Shown piece after piece: positions 26,058 to 36,226 of a stretch of 61,329 nt of DNA. The first letter of the stretch is position 1, and every line of letters starts with the position of its first letter. This DNA is from a virus (taxonomy: Duplodnaviria > Caudoviricetes). The notes beneath the pieces were generated by a model. The model did no database searches. It saw only the letters and a program-made list of their open reading frames with translations, and had not been told where the DNA came from. Both the position numbers and the translations under genes were made by a program. The stretch covers positions 1 through 61,329 of IMG/VR virus record IMGVR_UViG_3300028569_000039; one strand, written 5' to 3'.

Positions 26058-26249
26058 ATGAAAGACTTTATTTCTGAAATTATTTCGCGAACGCGCAATG
26101 AACAGGCAAAATTGGCGGAAACCCTCACCGCTGGAAGTAATGTGAATAGCTTTGACGATTACCAGCGCTTAGTTGGTAGGTTTGAAGGATTTAGGGAAGT
26201 ACTCGACATTATAAATGAAATTCTGAGGGAAGACGAAGACGACCTGTAA
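26058..26249 (+). CDS. Hypothetical protein
   Basis: SFDDYQRLVG motif, located before groES. Confidence 0.7.
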   Translation: MKDFISEIISRTRNEQAKLAETLTAGSNVNSFDDYQRLVGRFEGFREVLDIINEILREDEDDL

Positions 26250-26271
26250 AGGTCATAGGGAGCACTGAACA

Positions 26272-26709
26272 GTGTTTGATTTAAAAGGCAATGAAGAGCC
26301 GGATACAAGATCAGAGGAAGAATGTTTTCCCCCAATCAACACCGGAATTGAGGTCGCTGGAGATCGTGTTTTAGTCCAACTACGACGCGAAAAGTCAACC
26401 AGCAAAGGCGGAATCATCCTCGTAGATGAGACCAGACAGACGTTACGATTTAACGAGACCGTTGCAAAGGTAGTCCAGATTGGACCCTTGGCATACAAAT
26501 CGCCAGATACATTGGAGCCGTGGATTGAAGGCCCCTGGTGTAATGTAGGTGACTTGGTTCGCACCATTAAGTACGGCGGCGATCGGTTTGTTGTGCAACC
26601 AGATGATGAGGGTTCTCCCGTAGTATTCATCACGTTGCAGGCTCGTGAAATCATCTCTCGCATCAAGTCGTTTGAGTATGCGCAGAAAATGAAAGCGTTT
26701 ATTGATTAA
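26272..26709 (+). CDS. groES: GroES-like co-chaperonin
   Basis: GDRVLVQ...TSKGGIILV...AKVVQIGP...VGDLV...KYGG. Confidence 0.85.
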   Translation: MFDLKGNEEPDTRSEEECFPPINTGIEVAGDRVLVQLRREKSTSKGGIILVDETRQTLRFNETVAKVVQIGPLAYKSPDTLEPWIEGPWCNVGDLVRTIKYGGDRFVVQPDDEGSPVVFITLQAREIISRIKSFEYAQKMKAFID

Positions 26710-26729
26710 CTTTTGTAAAAAAGAATAAA

Positions 26730-27725
26730 ATGGCAGATAATGAAAAAGACGTTCCGATTAAGGAACAAAATGATGGCTCGTTTTTAGCCCGTGTAGAAGA
26801 ACCAGAACAGTTTGACGACGAGGAAGAAGAGCTTAAAGAAGGTGGCAAGGTAGAAGCCGCCGAAGAATCAGATGACGATAACCAAGATGAAGATCAAGGG
26901 TCAGATGATAATGATGACGAAGAGACAGACGACGAGCGCGAGAAGATCCGTGAAGCTCGCCGCGAAGAGCGCAGGCTAAAGAAAGAACTAGCTAAGCAGC
27001 GTGAGGCGTCATCCAAGCACAAGATTAGCGCACTTGAAAAGCGTAACGAAGATTTAGCTCGTAGATTGGCGGCAGTAGAAAACACCGCAGCATCGTACCA
27101 GTTTGCACAGATTGACAAGGCCCTCGAGGATGAGGCGACCCGAGTTGAGTATGCAAAGATGAAGATGCTACAGGCGGCACAGTCTAATGACGCAGCTGGC
27201 CAGATTGAATACCTGGAACAGTTAACAGAAGCTAAACAACGTCTGCAGCAAGTGCAGTATTACAAGAAACAACAGCTCGAGGCTGCTAAGTCACCTAAGC
27301 AGAACGTGCCAAGTGAGATGTCTAATGAGGTCCAGCAGAATGCAACACGTTGGCTCAAAAAGAACTCTTGGTTTGATCCACAGGCCCGAGATACAGATAG
27401 TAGAATTGCCAAAGTAGTTGATCAAGAACTCGCCGCAGACGGCTGGGATCCGACGGATTCCGAGTACTGGGAAGAGTTAGACAGTCGTTTAGCAAGTCGT
27501 CTGCCACACCGCTACACAACAAGGGGTGGTAATAACAAGCGCTCTTCAGCAGGCCCAACGGCCTCTAGCAGGGTAGCTAACACAACCAGCGCCAAGCCAG
27601 GCACCATCACACTAAGCCGTGAGCGTGTACAGGCAATCAAGGACGCAGGTTCATGGGACGATGTAGAGAAACGAAACAAAATGATCCGCGCATACGCATC
27701 GTATGATCGCGCTAATAAAGGATAA
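26730..27725 (+). CDS. Probable scaffolding protein
   Basis: Acidic N-terminus, coiled coil, located before the capsid genes. Confidence 0.6.
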   Translation: MADNEKDVPIKEQNDGSFLARVEEPEQFDDEEEELKEGGKVEAAEESDDDNQDEDQGSDDNDDEETDDEREKIREARREERRLKKELAKQREASSKHKISALEKRNEDLARRLAAVENTAASYQFAQIDKALEDEATRVEYAKMKMLQAAQSNDAAGQIEYLEQLTEAKQRLQQVQYYKKQQLEAAKSPKQNVPSEMSNEVQQNATRWLKKNSWFDPQARDTDSRIAKVVDQELAADGWDPTDSEYWEELDSRLASRLPHRYTTRGGNNKRSSAGPTASSRVANTTSAKPGTITLSRERVQAIKDAGSWDDVEKRNKMIRAYASYDRANKG

Positions 27726-27730
27726 ACAAA

Positions 27731-28288
27731 ATGGCAAATACAAGAATTAAACGTGACTTAGACGACCGCATGGCCGACAGAGCACAAGAGGTGATTGAGC
27801 GTTCAAATAGCGCCAATCCGGATGACATTGCACGTCGTGAACGCCTTGATGCGTTTAGAGACAAGTGGGCAAATAGTGCGTTGCCCGATCTTCCCGCGGG
27901 GATCATTCCCGGGATGCACTTGTGTTGGTTGTCAACAACCAATACTTACGACAGTATCGACAAACGTATGGCATTGGGTTATGAGCCAGTTAAAGCTAGC
28001 GAATTAGGCAAAGGCTTTGAAGGACTAGGCAAAATGAGCTCGGGCAAGTTTGAAGGCTGTGTTAGTTGTAACGAAATGGTACTCTTCAAATTACCAGAAG
28101 ACATCTACCAAGAAGTAATGCGTATGCTCCACCTGGAGGATCCGCTTGAACACCAACGCAATATTACCGCGCAGGTTCGCGACACAGCGCAGGGCAATAA
28201 AGGTGGCCGTTCAGTTCTTGAAGGTGGTTTACTGGAGATGGAAAAGGATACCGCAAGAGCGAATAACAAAAATGTTCGTTTTCAATAA
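27731..28288 (+). CDS. Conserved head-module protein
   Basis: Synteny and ORF track. Confidence 0.6.
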   Translation: MANTRIKRDLDDRMADRAQEVIERSNSANPDDIARRERLDAFRDKWANSALPDLPAGIIPGMHLCWLSTTNTYDSIDKRMALGYEPVKASELGKGFEGLGKMSSGKFEGCVSCNEMVLFKLPEDIYQEVMRMLHLEDPLEHQRNITAQVRDTAQGNKGGRSVLEGGLLEMEKDTARANNKNVRFQ

Positions 28289-28320
28289 CATTCTTCAAAA
28301 ATAACAAAGGAAATAAATAA

Positions 28321-28983
28321 ATGTCCACAACATTTAAACCCTTTGGTCTGAAGCCTGTGTATCACCCAAGTGGTCTTGATCGTGCCGTTCCATTCGTTGG
28401 AACAAACACTTTCGTCACGGGTACTACATTTACAGCTCCTTACTCTTTGAGTGCTGGCGAAACTTTTTTCCAGTACCAACCAGTGAGCTTGACCGCTTCA
28501 GGTCAATTAACCATTGCAAACCACACTGCCGCTTCTGGCACAGTATACGGCGTATTTGACGGTGTAGAATTTACAACCGCTGAAGGTCGTCGTACATTAG
28601 GTAAGTCAATTTCCAAAGCCTCTTTGGACGCTGCTACCCAAATCGTATTCTGGATCTTCTCAGACCCAGCATTAGTTTACGAAGCTCAAGTAAACGGTTC
28701 AGCATCAACAGCCTCTATTGGCCGTCAGTACAACTTTGATACAACCACAGGTTCACGGACCATTGACGGTTATACCATTGGTACAGGTGGCGCAGGCTTC
28801 TCCACTACAGCATTGTTGGCAACTCCTGTTGCTACCACTGTTCAAGGACAAGTTCGCGTAGTAGGTTTAGGCCGTGAAGTAGCATACCCAACAGGCGAGT
28901 TAAACGCTTGGGGTGACGCTTTCACGATTGTTCAGGTCCAAATCGCTAACAACACGTTTGTTGCGCCTAAGGTCTCGATTTAA
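28321..28983 (+). CDS. Probable capsid decoration/minor capsid protein
   Basis: PFGLKPV...GVFDGVEF...DPALVYEAQ, immediately before the MCP. Confidence 0.6.
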   Translation: MSTTFKPFGLKPVYHPSGLDRAVPFVGTNTFVTGTTFTAPYSLSAGETFFQYQPVSLTASGQLTIANHTAASGTVYGVFDGVEFTTAEGRRTLGKSISKASLDAATQIVFWIFSDPALVYEAQVNGSASTASIGRQYNFDTTTGSRTIDGYTIGTGGAGFSTTALLATPVATTVQGQVRVVGLGREVAYPTGELNAWGDAFTIVQVQIANNTFVAPKVSI

Positions 28984-29006
28984 TTAATAACGAAAGGAAC
29001 TAGCAA

Positions 29007-29924
29007 ATGGCAACCCCAATGCGTAGTACAGACTTTCGTGCGGTAGTCGAGCCGATTATCAACGAAGTCTTTGATGGTGTATATGAGCAACGTGCAGACG
29101 AATGGAAAGGCTTTGTTAAGCAGATCCAGGGTATCCCACGTAATTATCACGAAGAAGTAATGCTGTTCGGTATGAACGCAGCTCCTGCAATGCCTGACGG
29201 CACTCCAGTTAGCTACGATCAAGGCGGTACACTGTACATCACCCGATTTATTTATCAAATCTATGGCTTGGCTTATGCCTTGACCAAGGTTTTGATGGAA
29301 GACGGCGATCACATCCGTATCGGCTCAACCTTCGCTAAGCACCTCGCTCAGTCGATGATTGAAACCAAAGAAACCCTCTGCGCAAACCTCTTGAACTTCG
29401 CGTTCACAGCTGGTTATGTAGGCGGCGACGGCGTAACTTTGATCAACACAGCTCACCCTGTTGCAAACGGTTTGACATACTCTAACCAATTGTCTACACC
29501 TGCTTCTTTGAGCCAGACATCTGTTGAGCAGATGCTGATTCAGATCCGCAGCGCTATCGACAACAACGGTAAGCGTATTCGCCTCAAGGCAGAGCAGTTA
29601 GTTGTTCCACCAGCACTCGAGTTCCAAGCAGAAGTAATTCTGAAATCGGTTCTCCGTTCTGGTACAGCGGACAACGATTTGAACCCAATCAAGTCAACAG
29701 GTATGTTGCCAAAAGGCACACACGTTGTTACTCGTTTGAGCTCAAGCAAAGCCTGGTGGGTACAGACTGATGCCGAAAATGGTCTCATGCTCGTAATGCG
29801 TCGTCCAATGGAGAAATCCATGGAAGGCGATTTCGAGACAGACAGCATGCGTTACAAAGCAACCGAGCGTTACGCAACTGGATGGCACGATGCACGTAAC
29901 ATTTATGGTACAGCTGGTTTGTAA
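29007..29924 (+). CDS. Major capsid protein
   Basis: 305 aa, LVVPPALEF, EGDFETDSMRYKATERY, biased codon usage, strong terminator follows. Confidence 0.85.
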   Translation: MATPMRSTDFRAVVEPIINEVFDGVYEQRADEWKGFVKQIQGIPRNYHEEVMLFGMNAAPAMPDGTPVSYDQGGTLYITRFIYQIYGLAYALTKVLMEDGDHIRIGSTFAKHLAQSMIETKETLCANLLNFAFTAGYVGGDGVTLINTAHPVANGLTYSNQLSTPASLSQTSVEQMLIQIRSAIDNNGKRIRLKAEQLVVPPALEFQAEVILKSVLRSGTADNDLNPIKSTGMLPKGTHVVTRLSSSKAWWVQTDAENGLMLVMRRPMEKSMEGDFETDSMRYKATERYATGWHDARNIYGTAGL

Positions 29925-29944
29925 TCCAAGCCACTCGAAGTAAC

Positions 29945-29973
29945 AAAAAAGCCACCCACAAGGTGGCTTTTTT
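29945..29973 (+). terminator. Intrinsic terminator
   Basis: A6-GCCACC-loop-GGTGGC-T6. Confidence 0.85.
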
Positions 29974-29980
29974 GCTTTTA

Positions 29981-30012
29981 GGGCGGTTTTCCTACTTTTC
30001 TTGTATTATTAT
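29981..30012 (+). promoter_or_regulatory. Phage promoter GGGCG-N14-CTTGTATTATTAT
   Basis: Exact consensus. Confidence 0.8.
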
Positions 30013-30018
30013 ATATAA

Positions 30019-30093
30019 GGAAGATAAATCCCATTCTGACTGCCGAAACTTCCCGGCAAGACGCCTCAGAGACAGCTTGGGATACCCACTGAG
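30019..30093 (+). ncRNA. Candidate doubly pseudoknotted 5' leader RNA
   Basis: Pairings ATCCCA/TGGGAT, CTGaCT/AGaCAG, TGCCG/CGGCA, GGAAG/CTTCC and CTCAG/CTGAG. Confidence 0.55.
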
Positions 30094-30106
30094 ATAAGGA
30101 ATCAAC

Positions 30107-30679
30107 ATGTCAAGCACATTTACAACCCCCATTCGTGTATTTAAACGTAACAACCCGACAAACAATGGCGTTATTGCCCCAGATAACACTGGCGCCGTAC
30201 GCCTAAGTCAACAAGACGTAATCTTAAACCCAATTACGGCCGTAACTGCTGCACCCACTACACTAACAACCGCCCCTGTTGGCACAACCACGGCAGTTCC
30301 TTTTGTGTTGCCAGCCGGCTCGATTATTGAGTCGTTTGCACTTTATCAAACCACAGTTCCCGTAGGCCTTGTTGGTGGCGTAATTACTATGTCGATCAGC
30401 ATTACCAACCCAACAACTGGTGTCGTAACTACAACTGCAATCGGCACAATTACCCCAACAGCGGCCGGTGGCCGTATTGCTGGTGTGTTTACCGCTAGTG
30501 CGGCTGTTGCTGCTATTATTAATAACATTGGTCTACTCGACGCTACATTGACATTCTCTGCAGCCGATGTAACAACATTAACAAGCGGCTCTTTGGGTGG
30601 CACATTGGATGTTAACTACACAGCACGTAACGCTGACGGCTCAATCATTGCCTACGGTTCTGGTTATACAAATAACTAA
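30107..30679 (+). CDS. Virion structural protein (T/A/G-rich)
   Basis: RBS, composition, synteny. Confidence 0.65.
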   Translation: MSSTFTTPIRVFKRNNPTNNGVIAPDNTGAVRLSQQDVILNPITAVTAAPTTLTTAPVGTTTAVPFVLPAGSIIESFALYQTTVPVGLVGGVITMSISITNPTTGVVTTTAIGTITPTAAGGRIAGVFTASAAVAAIINNIGLLDATLTFSAADVTTLTSGSLGGTLDVNYTARNADGSIIAYGSGYTNN

Positions 30680-30725
30680 TTAAGACGGCGGGGTAACCCG
30701 CCTCTTTTAACCTCTAGGACGAATT

Positions 30726-31520
30726 ATGCCAACACCATCAAATACATTTGTAGCACCCCCACATTCCGTATCCGTTCAAGGCGCATACGAGCCATTTAAC
30801 TTGCAAGTCGCACGTAACCAGATTGCTGGTCACTCAGCTTTTTCAATTTTTGGATACAACGGCGACATTGATCAAACGGAAGAGTCAGTATGGCCGGACG
30901 GCGGAACTGTTCCACACCCAACAACCGCTTCAGTTTTAGACATTGTATCTACTAGCACAGATGATGACGGTAGCCCAGTAGGAACAGGGGCAAGAACTGT
31001 ATATATTGAAGGTTTAGATAACAACTACAACGTTATTAGTGAGACTGTTATTTTAAACGGCACAACCGCTGTAGCAACAGTTAAGTCGTACCTGTACGTT
31101 AACCAGTTTTATGTTGCCACAGTAGGAACTGGCGGTGTAAACGCTGGTGAAATTACTGCAAAAGTTGGCGCAACATTGTACGATTTAATTGCGGTTGGGT
31201 ACAACCAGCGCACCACGGCGCACTACTGCGTACCTGCGGGATACACAGCGTACTTAACCGAAGCTGTTCTTACGGCTGGACAAGCAACAGGTTCTACTGC
31301 AGTTACCGCTTTTTTAAAGCAACATGGCCCCGATGGTATTTTGCGTGTAGTGGCAATATCTACACTAAACAACGGTTCGATTCAGTATGACTTTGCGTAT
31401 CCTGTTGCAATAACAGAAAAAAGCTGTTTTGGTGCAACCGCAATAGGCGCCGCTAACAACAACTCAGTCAGCGCGTTTTTTAACTTTGTTTTGATTAAGA
31501 ACAATTTACAGGTAGCATAA
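30726..31520 (+). CDS. Virion structural protein
   Basis: Synteny and beta-rich composition. Confidence 0.6.
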   Translation: MPTPSNTFVAPPHSVSVQGAYEPFNLQVARNQIAGHSAFSIFGYNGDIDQTEESVWPDGGTVPHPTTASVLDIVSTSTDDDGSPVGTGARTVYIEGLDNNYNVISETVILNGTTAVATVKSYLYVNQFYVATVGTGGVNAGEITAKVGATLYDLIAVGYNQRTTAHYCVPAGYTAYLTEAVLTAGQATGSTAVTAFLKQHGPDGILRVVAISTLNNGSIQYDFAYPVAITEKSCFGATAIGAANNNSVSAFFNFVLIKNNLQVA

Positions 31521-31871
31521 ATGCCAGTATACCTTGATACGCGAGGTAATAGTGTTCTGTCTGTGGCGATCTGTGATCGCTGCAGCAGAAAGTTTGCGTA
31601 TACAGATTTAATGCCAGATCCAAATTTCCCTGGCATGCGAGTGTGCGCCGCGGATAAAGATAATTTTGATCCATGGCGTCTCCCAGCTATACAAACAGAA
31701 AACATTGCCTTGCGTTTTCCAAGACCTGATGTTAGCGTTGCTACAGGTCCAATCGGCGGAGACGAGATACTGACATTACCATCAGGCAATCCAGGAAACA
31801 ATTCAGTCTTTATTACGCAGACCCAAGAACAGGCAACAACCGCTGGCGAGTCTGGTAACCTAAAAAAATAA
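31521..31871 (+). CDS. CxxC-containing phage protein
   Basis: [10 protein letters not shown]...GMRVC. Confidence 0.65.
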   Translation: MPVYLDTRGNSVLSVAICDRCSRKFAYTDLMPDPNFPGMRVCAADKDNFDPWRLPAIQTENIALRFPRPDVSVATGPIGGDEILTLPSGNPGNNSVFITQTQEQATTAGESGNLKK

Positions 31872-31875
31872 GAAT

Positions 31876-33183
31876 ATGGCCAATCAAAGTATATCACAAC
31901 TAGGTACCGCAACAGCACTAACGGGTGATGAGCTGACTGTTGTCGTCCAGAATGGTGTAACCAAACAAACTCAGCTACAAGACATTGCAAACCTTGGCGG
32001 CCCCACAGGACCAACCGGACCACAGGGTAACACAGGTCCCACAGGCCCAACAGGCTGGACTGGACCCACAGGGCCACAAGGCGTAACAGGCCCAACAGGA
32101 CCACAAGGACCGCAAGGAATTGTCGGCCCCACTGGCGACATTGGCCCACTAGGCCCAACAGGTGACACGGGACCAACAGGCATCCAAGGACCCACTGGTG
32201 CCACTGGGCCATTAGGACCAACAGGACCACAAGGTTTTCAAGGACCAACGGGACCACAAGGCATACAAGGCGAAACTGGACCCACTGGACCATTAGGACC
32301 AACAGGACCACAAGGCATTCAGGGACCAACAGGCCCGACAGGCGACACAGGACCACAAGGCCTACTAGGGCCCACAGGTGCAACGGGACCACAAGGCTCG
32401 TCGTCCAGTTTGTTTTTCTACGAGGCAAACACCACGATAACAAGCGGCGATCCAACCGCTGGATTTATCATATGGAACAATGCAACGCAAGTAAGTGCGA
32501 CGCAGATAAACATACACCACCTTACCGATAACAACATCGACATTGACATCTTTTTGGCGACGTTGCAGGCTACTGAAATAATTACAATTCAAGATCAAAC
32601 GGTCAGTGGAAACTTTCAAAGCTGGACAATCAGCGGCGCGCCAACAAACATTAATCCAAATAGCGTAAACAGCTACTGGACCGTCCCTGTAACATTAGTA
32701 ACATCGGGCGGCACTGGCACGACTAACTTTGCTAACGGCCTACCACTGCTCTTAGCGCTTGTCAGCGGTGTAGCAGGACCAGCTGGACCACAAGGCCCCA
32801 CAGGTGACACTGGACCATTAGGACCTACAGGACCACAAGGTATTCAAGGACCAACCGGCCCAACAGGCGACACAGGACCGCAAGGTCCTGTAGGCCCAAC
32901 TGGTCCAACAGGACCACAAGGCATTCAAGGACCGACAGGCCCCACAGGAGAGACAGGACCACAAGGCGTCCCCGGAGCAACAGGCGACACTGGTCCGACA
33001 GGACCGACAACATATCCCGCATCTGGTGTAGCAGTATCTACCGGAACAGCATGGGGCGCGTCATTGGTAGCAGCAAGCACAAACACCGCAAGCGCGCTGG
33101 TACAGCGCGATACAAACGGTGACTTTGCAGCACGTATTATCACAGCAACGAGTTACGTTGGAGTATCTGGCGGCACATTTTAA
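31876..33183 (+). CDS. Collagen-like fibre protein
   Basis: Two long G-P-T/G-P-Q Gly-X-Y blocks separated by a globular domain. Confidence 0.88.
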   Translation: MANQSISQLGTATALTGDELTVVVQNGVTKQTQLQDIANLGGPTGPTGPQGNTGPTGPTGWTGPTGPQGVTGPTGPQGPQGIVGPTGDIGPLGPTGDTGPTGIQGPTGATGPLGPTGPQGFQGPTGPQGIQGETGPTGPLGPTGPQGIQGPTGPTGDTGPQGLLGPTGATGPQGSSSSLFFYEANTTITSGDPTAGFIIWNNATQVSATQINIHHLTDNNIDIDIFLATLQATEIITIQDQTVSGNFQSWTISGAPTNINPNSVNSYWTVPVTLVTSGGTGTTNFANGLPLLLALVSGVAGPAGPQGPTGDTGPLGPTGPQGIQGPTGPTGDTGPQGPVGPTGPTGPQGIQGPTGPTGETGPQGVPGATGDTGPTGPTTYPASGVAVSTGTAWGASLVAASTNTASALVQRDTNGDFAARIITATSYVGVSGGTF

Positions 33184-33196
33184 TTAGGGGTAGTCT

Positions 33197-34240
33197 ATGA
33201 AAATCGCCGTATATGCGATTTGTAAAAACGAAGAACAGTTTGTAAAAACGTTTTGTGAGTCAAGTAAGTTAGCGGATTATATTTTAATTGCTGACACAGG
33301 GTCAACCGACAACACGGTCGAGGAGGCTAAAAAGCATGGGGCTGTGGTTCAATCCATTTGTATTTCTCCTTGGCGCTTCGATCATGCTAGGAATGCCGCT
33401 TTGGCGTTACTGCCCGCTGACATCGACGTTTGTATCTCGTTAGATTTAGACGAACAGTTAGAACCTGGTTGGCGTGAAGAGATTGAGCGGTTGTGGAAAG
33501 AAGACACAACGCGATTAAGTTATAAGTTTGACTGGGGTCACGGCAAGGTGTTTTACAGTACCAAGGTTCACAGCCGCAAGGGATACCACTGGCACCATCC
33601 GTGCCATGAGTATATAAGGCCAGATCATCGGACTAAGGAAGTGTTTGCGTACAGTGAGATGCTCATGATCACGCATCACCCCGACGAGACTAAGTCACGC
33701 GGACAGTACCTAGACTTGCTTGAGATGTCGGTAAAAGAAGACCCAAGCTGCCCACGTAATGCGTTTTACTATGCTCGGGAGTTAACATACTACCAGCGCT
33801 GGGCAGAGGCAATAGAAGCATTAAATAAGTACCTAGCAATGCCAGAGGCAACTTGGAACAACGAAAGATCGTACGCACTTAGGCTGATTGGTAACTGCTA
33901 CGACAACTTAGGAGCTGACGGAATTAGTTGGTATCGTAAGGCAGTAGCAGAAGACGCTGGCGTAAGAGAGACGTGGTGTGAGCTGGCGCAGGCATGCTAC
34001 AAAAAAGGATTGTGGGAGGAGTGTTACTCAGCAGCATGTAACGCACTCAAGCTAACACAGTGTACGCATACGTACACGATTGACGCAAGCAACTGGAAAG
34101 CAAGGCCGCATGATTTAGCGGCAATTGCGGCGTACAGATTAGGCTTTAAAAAAGAGGCAATACAACACGGCACAAATGCCTTAGAATTTGAACCAACCAA
34201 TCAACGGTTAATAACAAACTTAGCGTTTTATAAGGAATAA
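33197..34240 (+). CDS. GT2-family glycosyltransferase with TPR-like C-terminus
   Basis: KIAVYAICKNEE, DTGSTD, FDHARNAAL, SLDLDE DxD motif. Confidence 0.85.
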   Translation: MKIAVYAICKNEEQFVKTFCESSKLADYILIADTGSTDNTVEEAKKHGAVVQSICISPWRFDHARNAALALLPADIDVCISLDLDEQLEPGWREEIERLWKEDTTRLSYKFDWGHGKVFYSTKVHSRKGYHWHHPCHEYIRPDHRTKEVFAYSEMLMITHHPDETKSRGQYLDLLEMSVKEDPSCPRNAFYYARELTYYQRWAEAIEALNKYLAMPEATWNNERSYALRLIGNCYDNLGADGISWYRKAVAEDAGVRETWCELAQACYKKGLWEECYSAACNALKLTQCTHTYTIDASNWKARPHDLAAIAAYRLGFKKEAIQHGTNALEFEPTNQRLITNLAFYKE

Positions 34241-34242
34241 AA

Positions 34243-35595
34243 ATGGCAGCTTCCGGTTTTACACCAATTAGCTTATACCACAGCTCCACCGCAGCAGCGG
34301 TGCCGGTCAACACCAACCTAGTTAACGGTGAGCTGGCGATTAATATCACTGACGGCAAGCTGTACTACAAAGACAACGCCGGTGTTGTTAGACTACTTGC
34401 GTCTAATGCCACAACAACCCCAGTGACCTCTATTAGTTTTGGGTCAACTGGGTTAACTCCAAGCACCACAACGACAGGCGCAGTAACGGTTGCGGGCACA
34501 TTAACAATCACTAACGGCGGTACAGGTCAAACCACAGCAAGCGCAGCGTTTAACGCACTTAGCCCAATCACGACCACTGGCGATTTAATTATTGGCAACG
34601 GTTCAAACAGCGCAACTAGGCTGGGGATTGGCACCAATGGTCAAGTGTTAACGTCAAATGGCGCGACGGCTACATGGGCCGCTGGAGGGCCTCCAGAAAT
34701 AAAAACACCAACTAATGTGTCTCCTGCAAACGCAGCAACAAACATCGGTGAAACGCCAGTGCTTACTGGTTCTACATACTATAGTCTATACGGTATCGCT
34801 ATGGCCGCTGGTCAATGGCAAGTATCTACCGTGTCTAACTTTGCAACAACTGTAGTAAGTACAGGCGACGTTGCTGGCACTTCAGTGTCTTACACGGTTG
34901 GCAGCGGAATCCTTGCCGTCAATACCACTTACTACTGGCGCGTCCGTTACAAAGACGCTAATGGTACGTACTCAGACTGGTCTACGGGCACATCGTTTAC
35001 TACAGCCGCCTCTTTTGTACCCGCAATAGGTAGCGCATTAGGGGGTGGGTTCTTCGCTGGTCAGATCGACCAAGGCGGTACTATATATAACTTAATTGTC
35101 GCCCCAAAATCATCTGGTGAAAACTCTAGTAGACAATGGAAAACAGCAAATACAATCACTAGTGGAACATCCTCAGTTATTGACGGCCCCACTAATAGTA
35201 CTAACATGAACAACGCCACCCACCCAGCCGCACAATTCTGTGAAGGGCTTACCATTGGTGGGTTTAGCGATTGGTATATGCCAGCTAAAAATGAATTAGA
35301 AGTGTGCTATTTTAATTTAAAACCAACAACAACTACCAATAATACTTCGTCAGGAACAAACACTAACGCAGTTCCTAGCAGGGGATCAAATTACACTTCT
35401 GGAACCCCAGCGCAAACTACGGTAGCGGCATTCCAAAGTGGAGGCGCAGAGGCGTTCGCTGCTGACGGCTACTGGTCTAGTACCGAGTTTGATGCTACGA
35501 CCGCATGGTTTCAGAACTTCAGCGATGGCTTCCAGTTCTACGACGATAAGAACGGTTCACGCTACGTTCGGGCCGTCAGGAGAGTTCTCGCTTAA
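34243..35595 (+). CDS. Tail fibre/receptor-binding protein with FN3-like and C-terminal DUF1566/CLec-type domain
   Basis: GELAINITDGKLYYK, TTYYWRVRY, DWYMPAKNEL...YWSSTE...AW...VRAVRR. Confidence 0.8.
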   Translation: MAASGFTPISLYHSSTAAAVPVNTNLVNGELAINITDGKLYYKDNAGVVRLLASNATTTPVTSISFGSTGLTPSTTTTGAVTVAGTLTITNGGTGQTTASAAFNALSPITTTGDLIIGNGSNSATRLGIGTNGQVLTSNGATATWAAGGPPEIKTPTNVSPANAATNIGETPVLTGSTYYSLYGIAMAAGQWQVSTVSNFATTVVSTGDVAGTSVSYTVGSGILAVNTTYYWRVRYKDANGTYSDWSTGTSFTTAASFVPAIGSALGGGFFAGQIDQGGTIYNLIVAPKSSGENSSRQWKTANTITSGTSSVIDGPTNSTNMNNATHPAAQFCEGLTIGGFSDWYMPAKNELEVCYFNLKPTTTTNNTSSGTNTNAVPSRGSNYTSGTPAQTTVAAFQSGGAEAFAADGYWSSTEFDATTAWFQNFSDGFQFYDDKNGSRYVRAVRRVLA

Positions 35596-35612
35596 TTCTT
35601 TAACCCTTTTAT

Positions 35613-35777
35613 ATGGCTCAATACAAACACCTTCCAATTTACAAGACGACCTACGAGTTGCTTGAAAAAGTTACTAGAAAAAAGGCGGTAAAATCATTAA
35701 GCGTAAAAGGCTGTTGGTTTAACGGAAAATTAACAAAACTCGTAAGACAGGATCAATCAAAATGTATATATGCGTAA
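35613..35777 (+). pseudogene. DGR relic: Avd-like N-terminus fused to a probable RT C-terminal fragment
   Basis: MAQYKHLPIYKTTYELLEKVTRK resembles DGR accessory four-helix-bundle starts. It follows a VR-like region. No TR or RT was seen elsewhere. Confidence 0.6.
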
Positions 35778-36226
35778 CCTATGTAGATGCAGCAACTAAA
35801 ATTCCATGCAATGTGGCCCCTATGTCCACAGGACCATCATACCCAGACTTGCAAGACTTAAATATTGAGTTTTGGAATGAGTCTGTATGGCCCACCGACT
35901 TTCCTCTGTTCTATGGCACTTGTGCGGATAATATAGACATCAACACCCCGGGGATTGTTAAAGTACTAACCCAAGAACAATACGAAAATACCAAGGTTTC
36001 CGAGTTTGAGGCACGTATTGCCAATGTTAAAAACAAGGCTTCGACAATATTAACGCAAACCGACTGGACCACAATCCCCGATGTAGCAGACCCGTTAAAG
36101 TCAAACCCATACCTTACAAACCAAAATGAGTTTGTTGAGTTCCGCAATGTTATTCGCAACATTGCCATAAACCCGACATTAGACGCCGTGTTTCCTCAAA
36201 CACCAAACGAAGTATGGAGTAGCTAA
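35762..36226 (+). CDS. Tail fibre assembly chaperone-like protein
   Basis: LTQTDWTTIPDV...FRNVIRNI...FPQTP C-terminus. Confidence 0.65.
   Translation: MYICVTYVDAATKIPCNVAPMSTGPSYPDLQDLNIEFWNESVWPTDFPLFYGTCADNIDINTPGIVKVLTQEQYENTKVSEFEARIANVKNKASTILTQTDWTTIPDVADPLKSNPYLTNQNEFVEFRNVIRNIAINPTLDAVFPQTPNEVWSS

Noticed and set aside
31382-32455. 357-aa minus-strand ORF (and 48014..48481)
   Set aside because: Antisense shadows of the collagen and GTGVT repeats.
34243-35777. Active, complete DGR
   Set aside because: No reverse transcriptase ORF or template repeat was seen in the genome.
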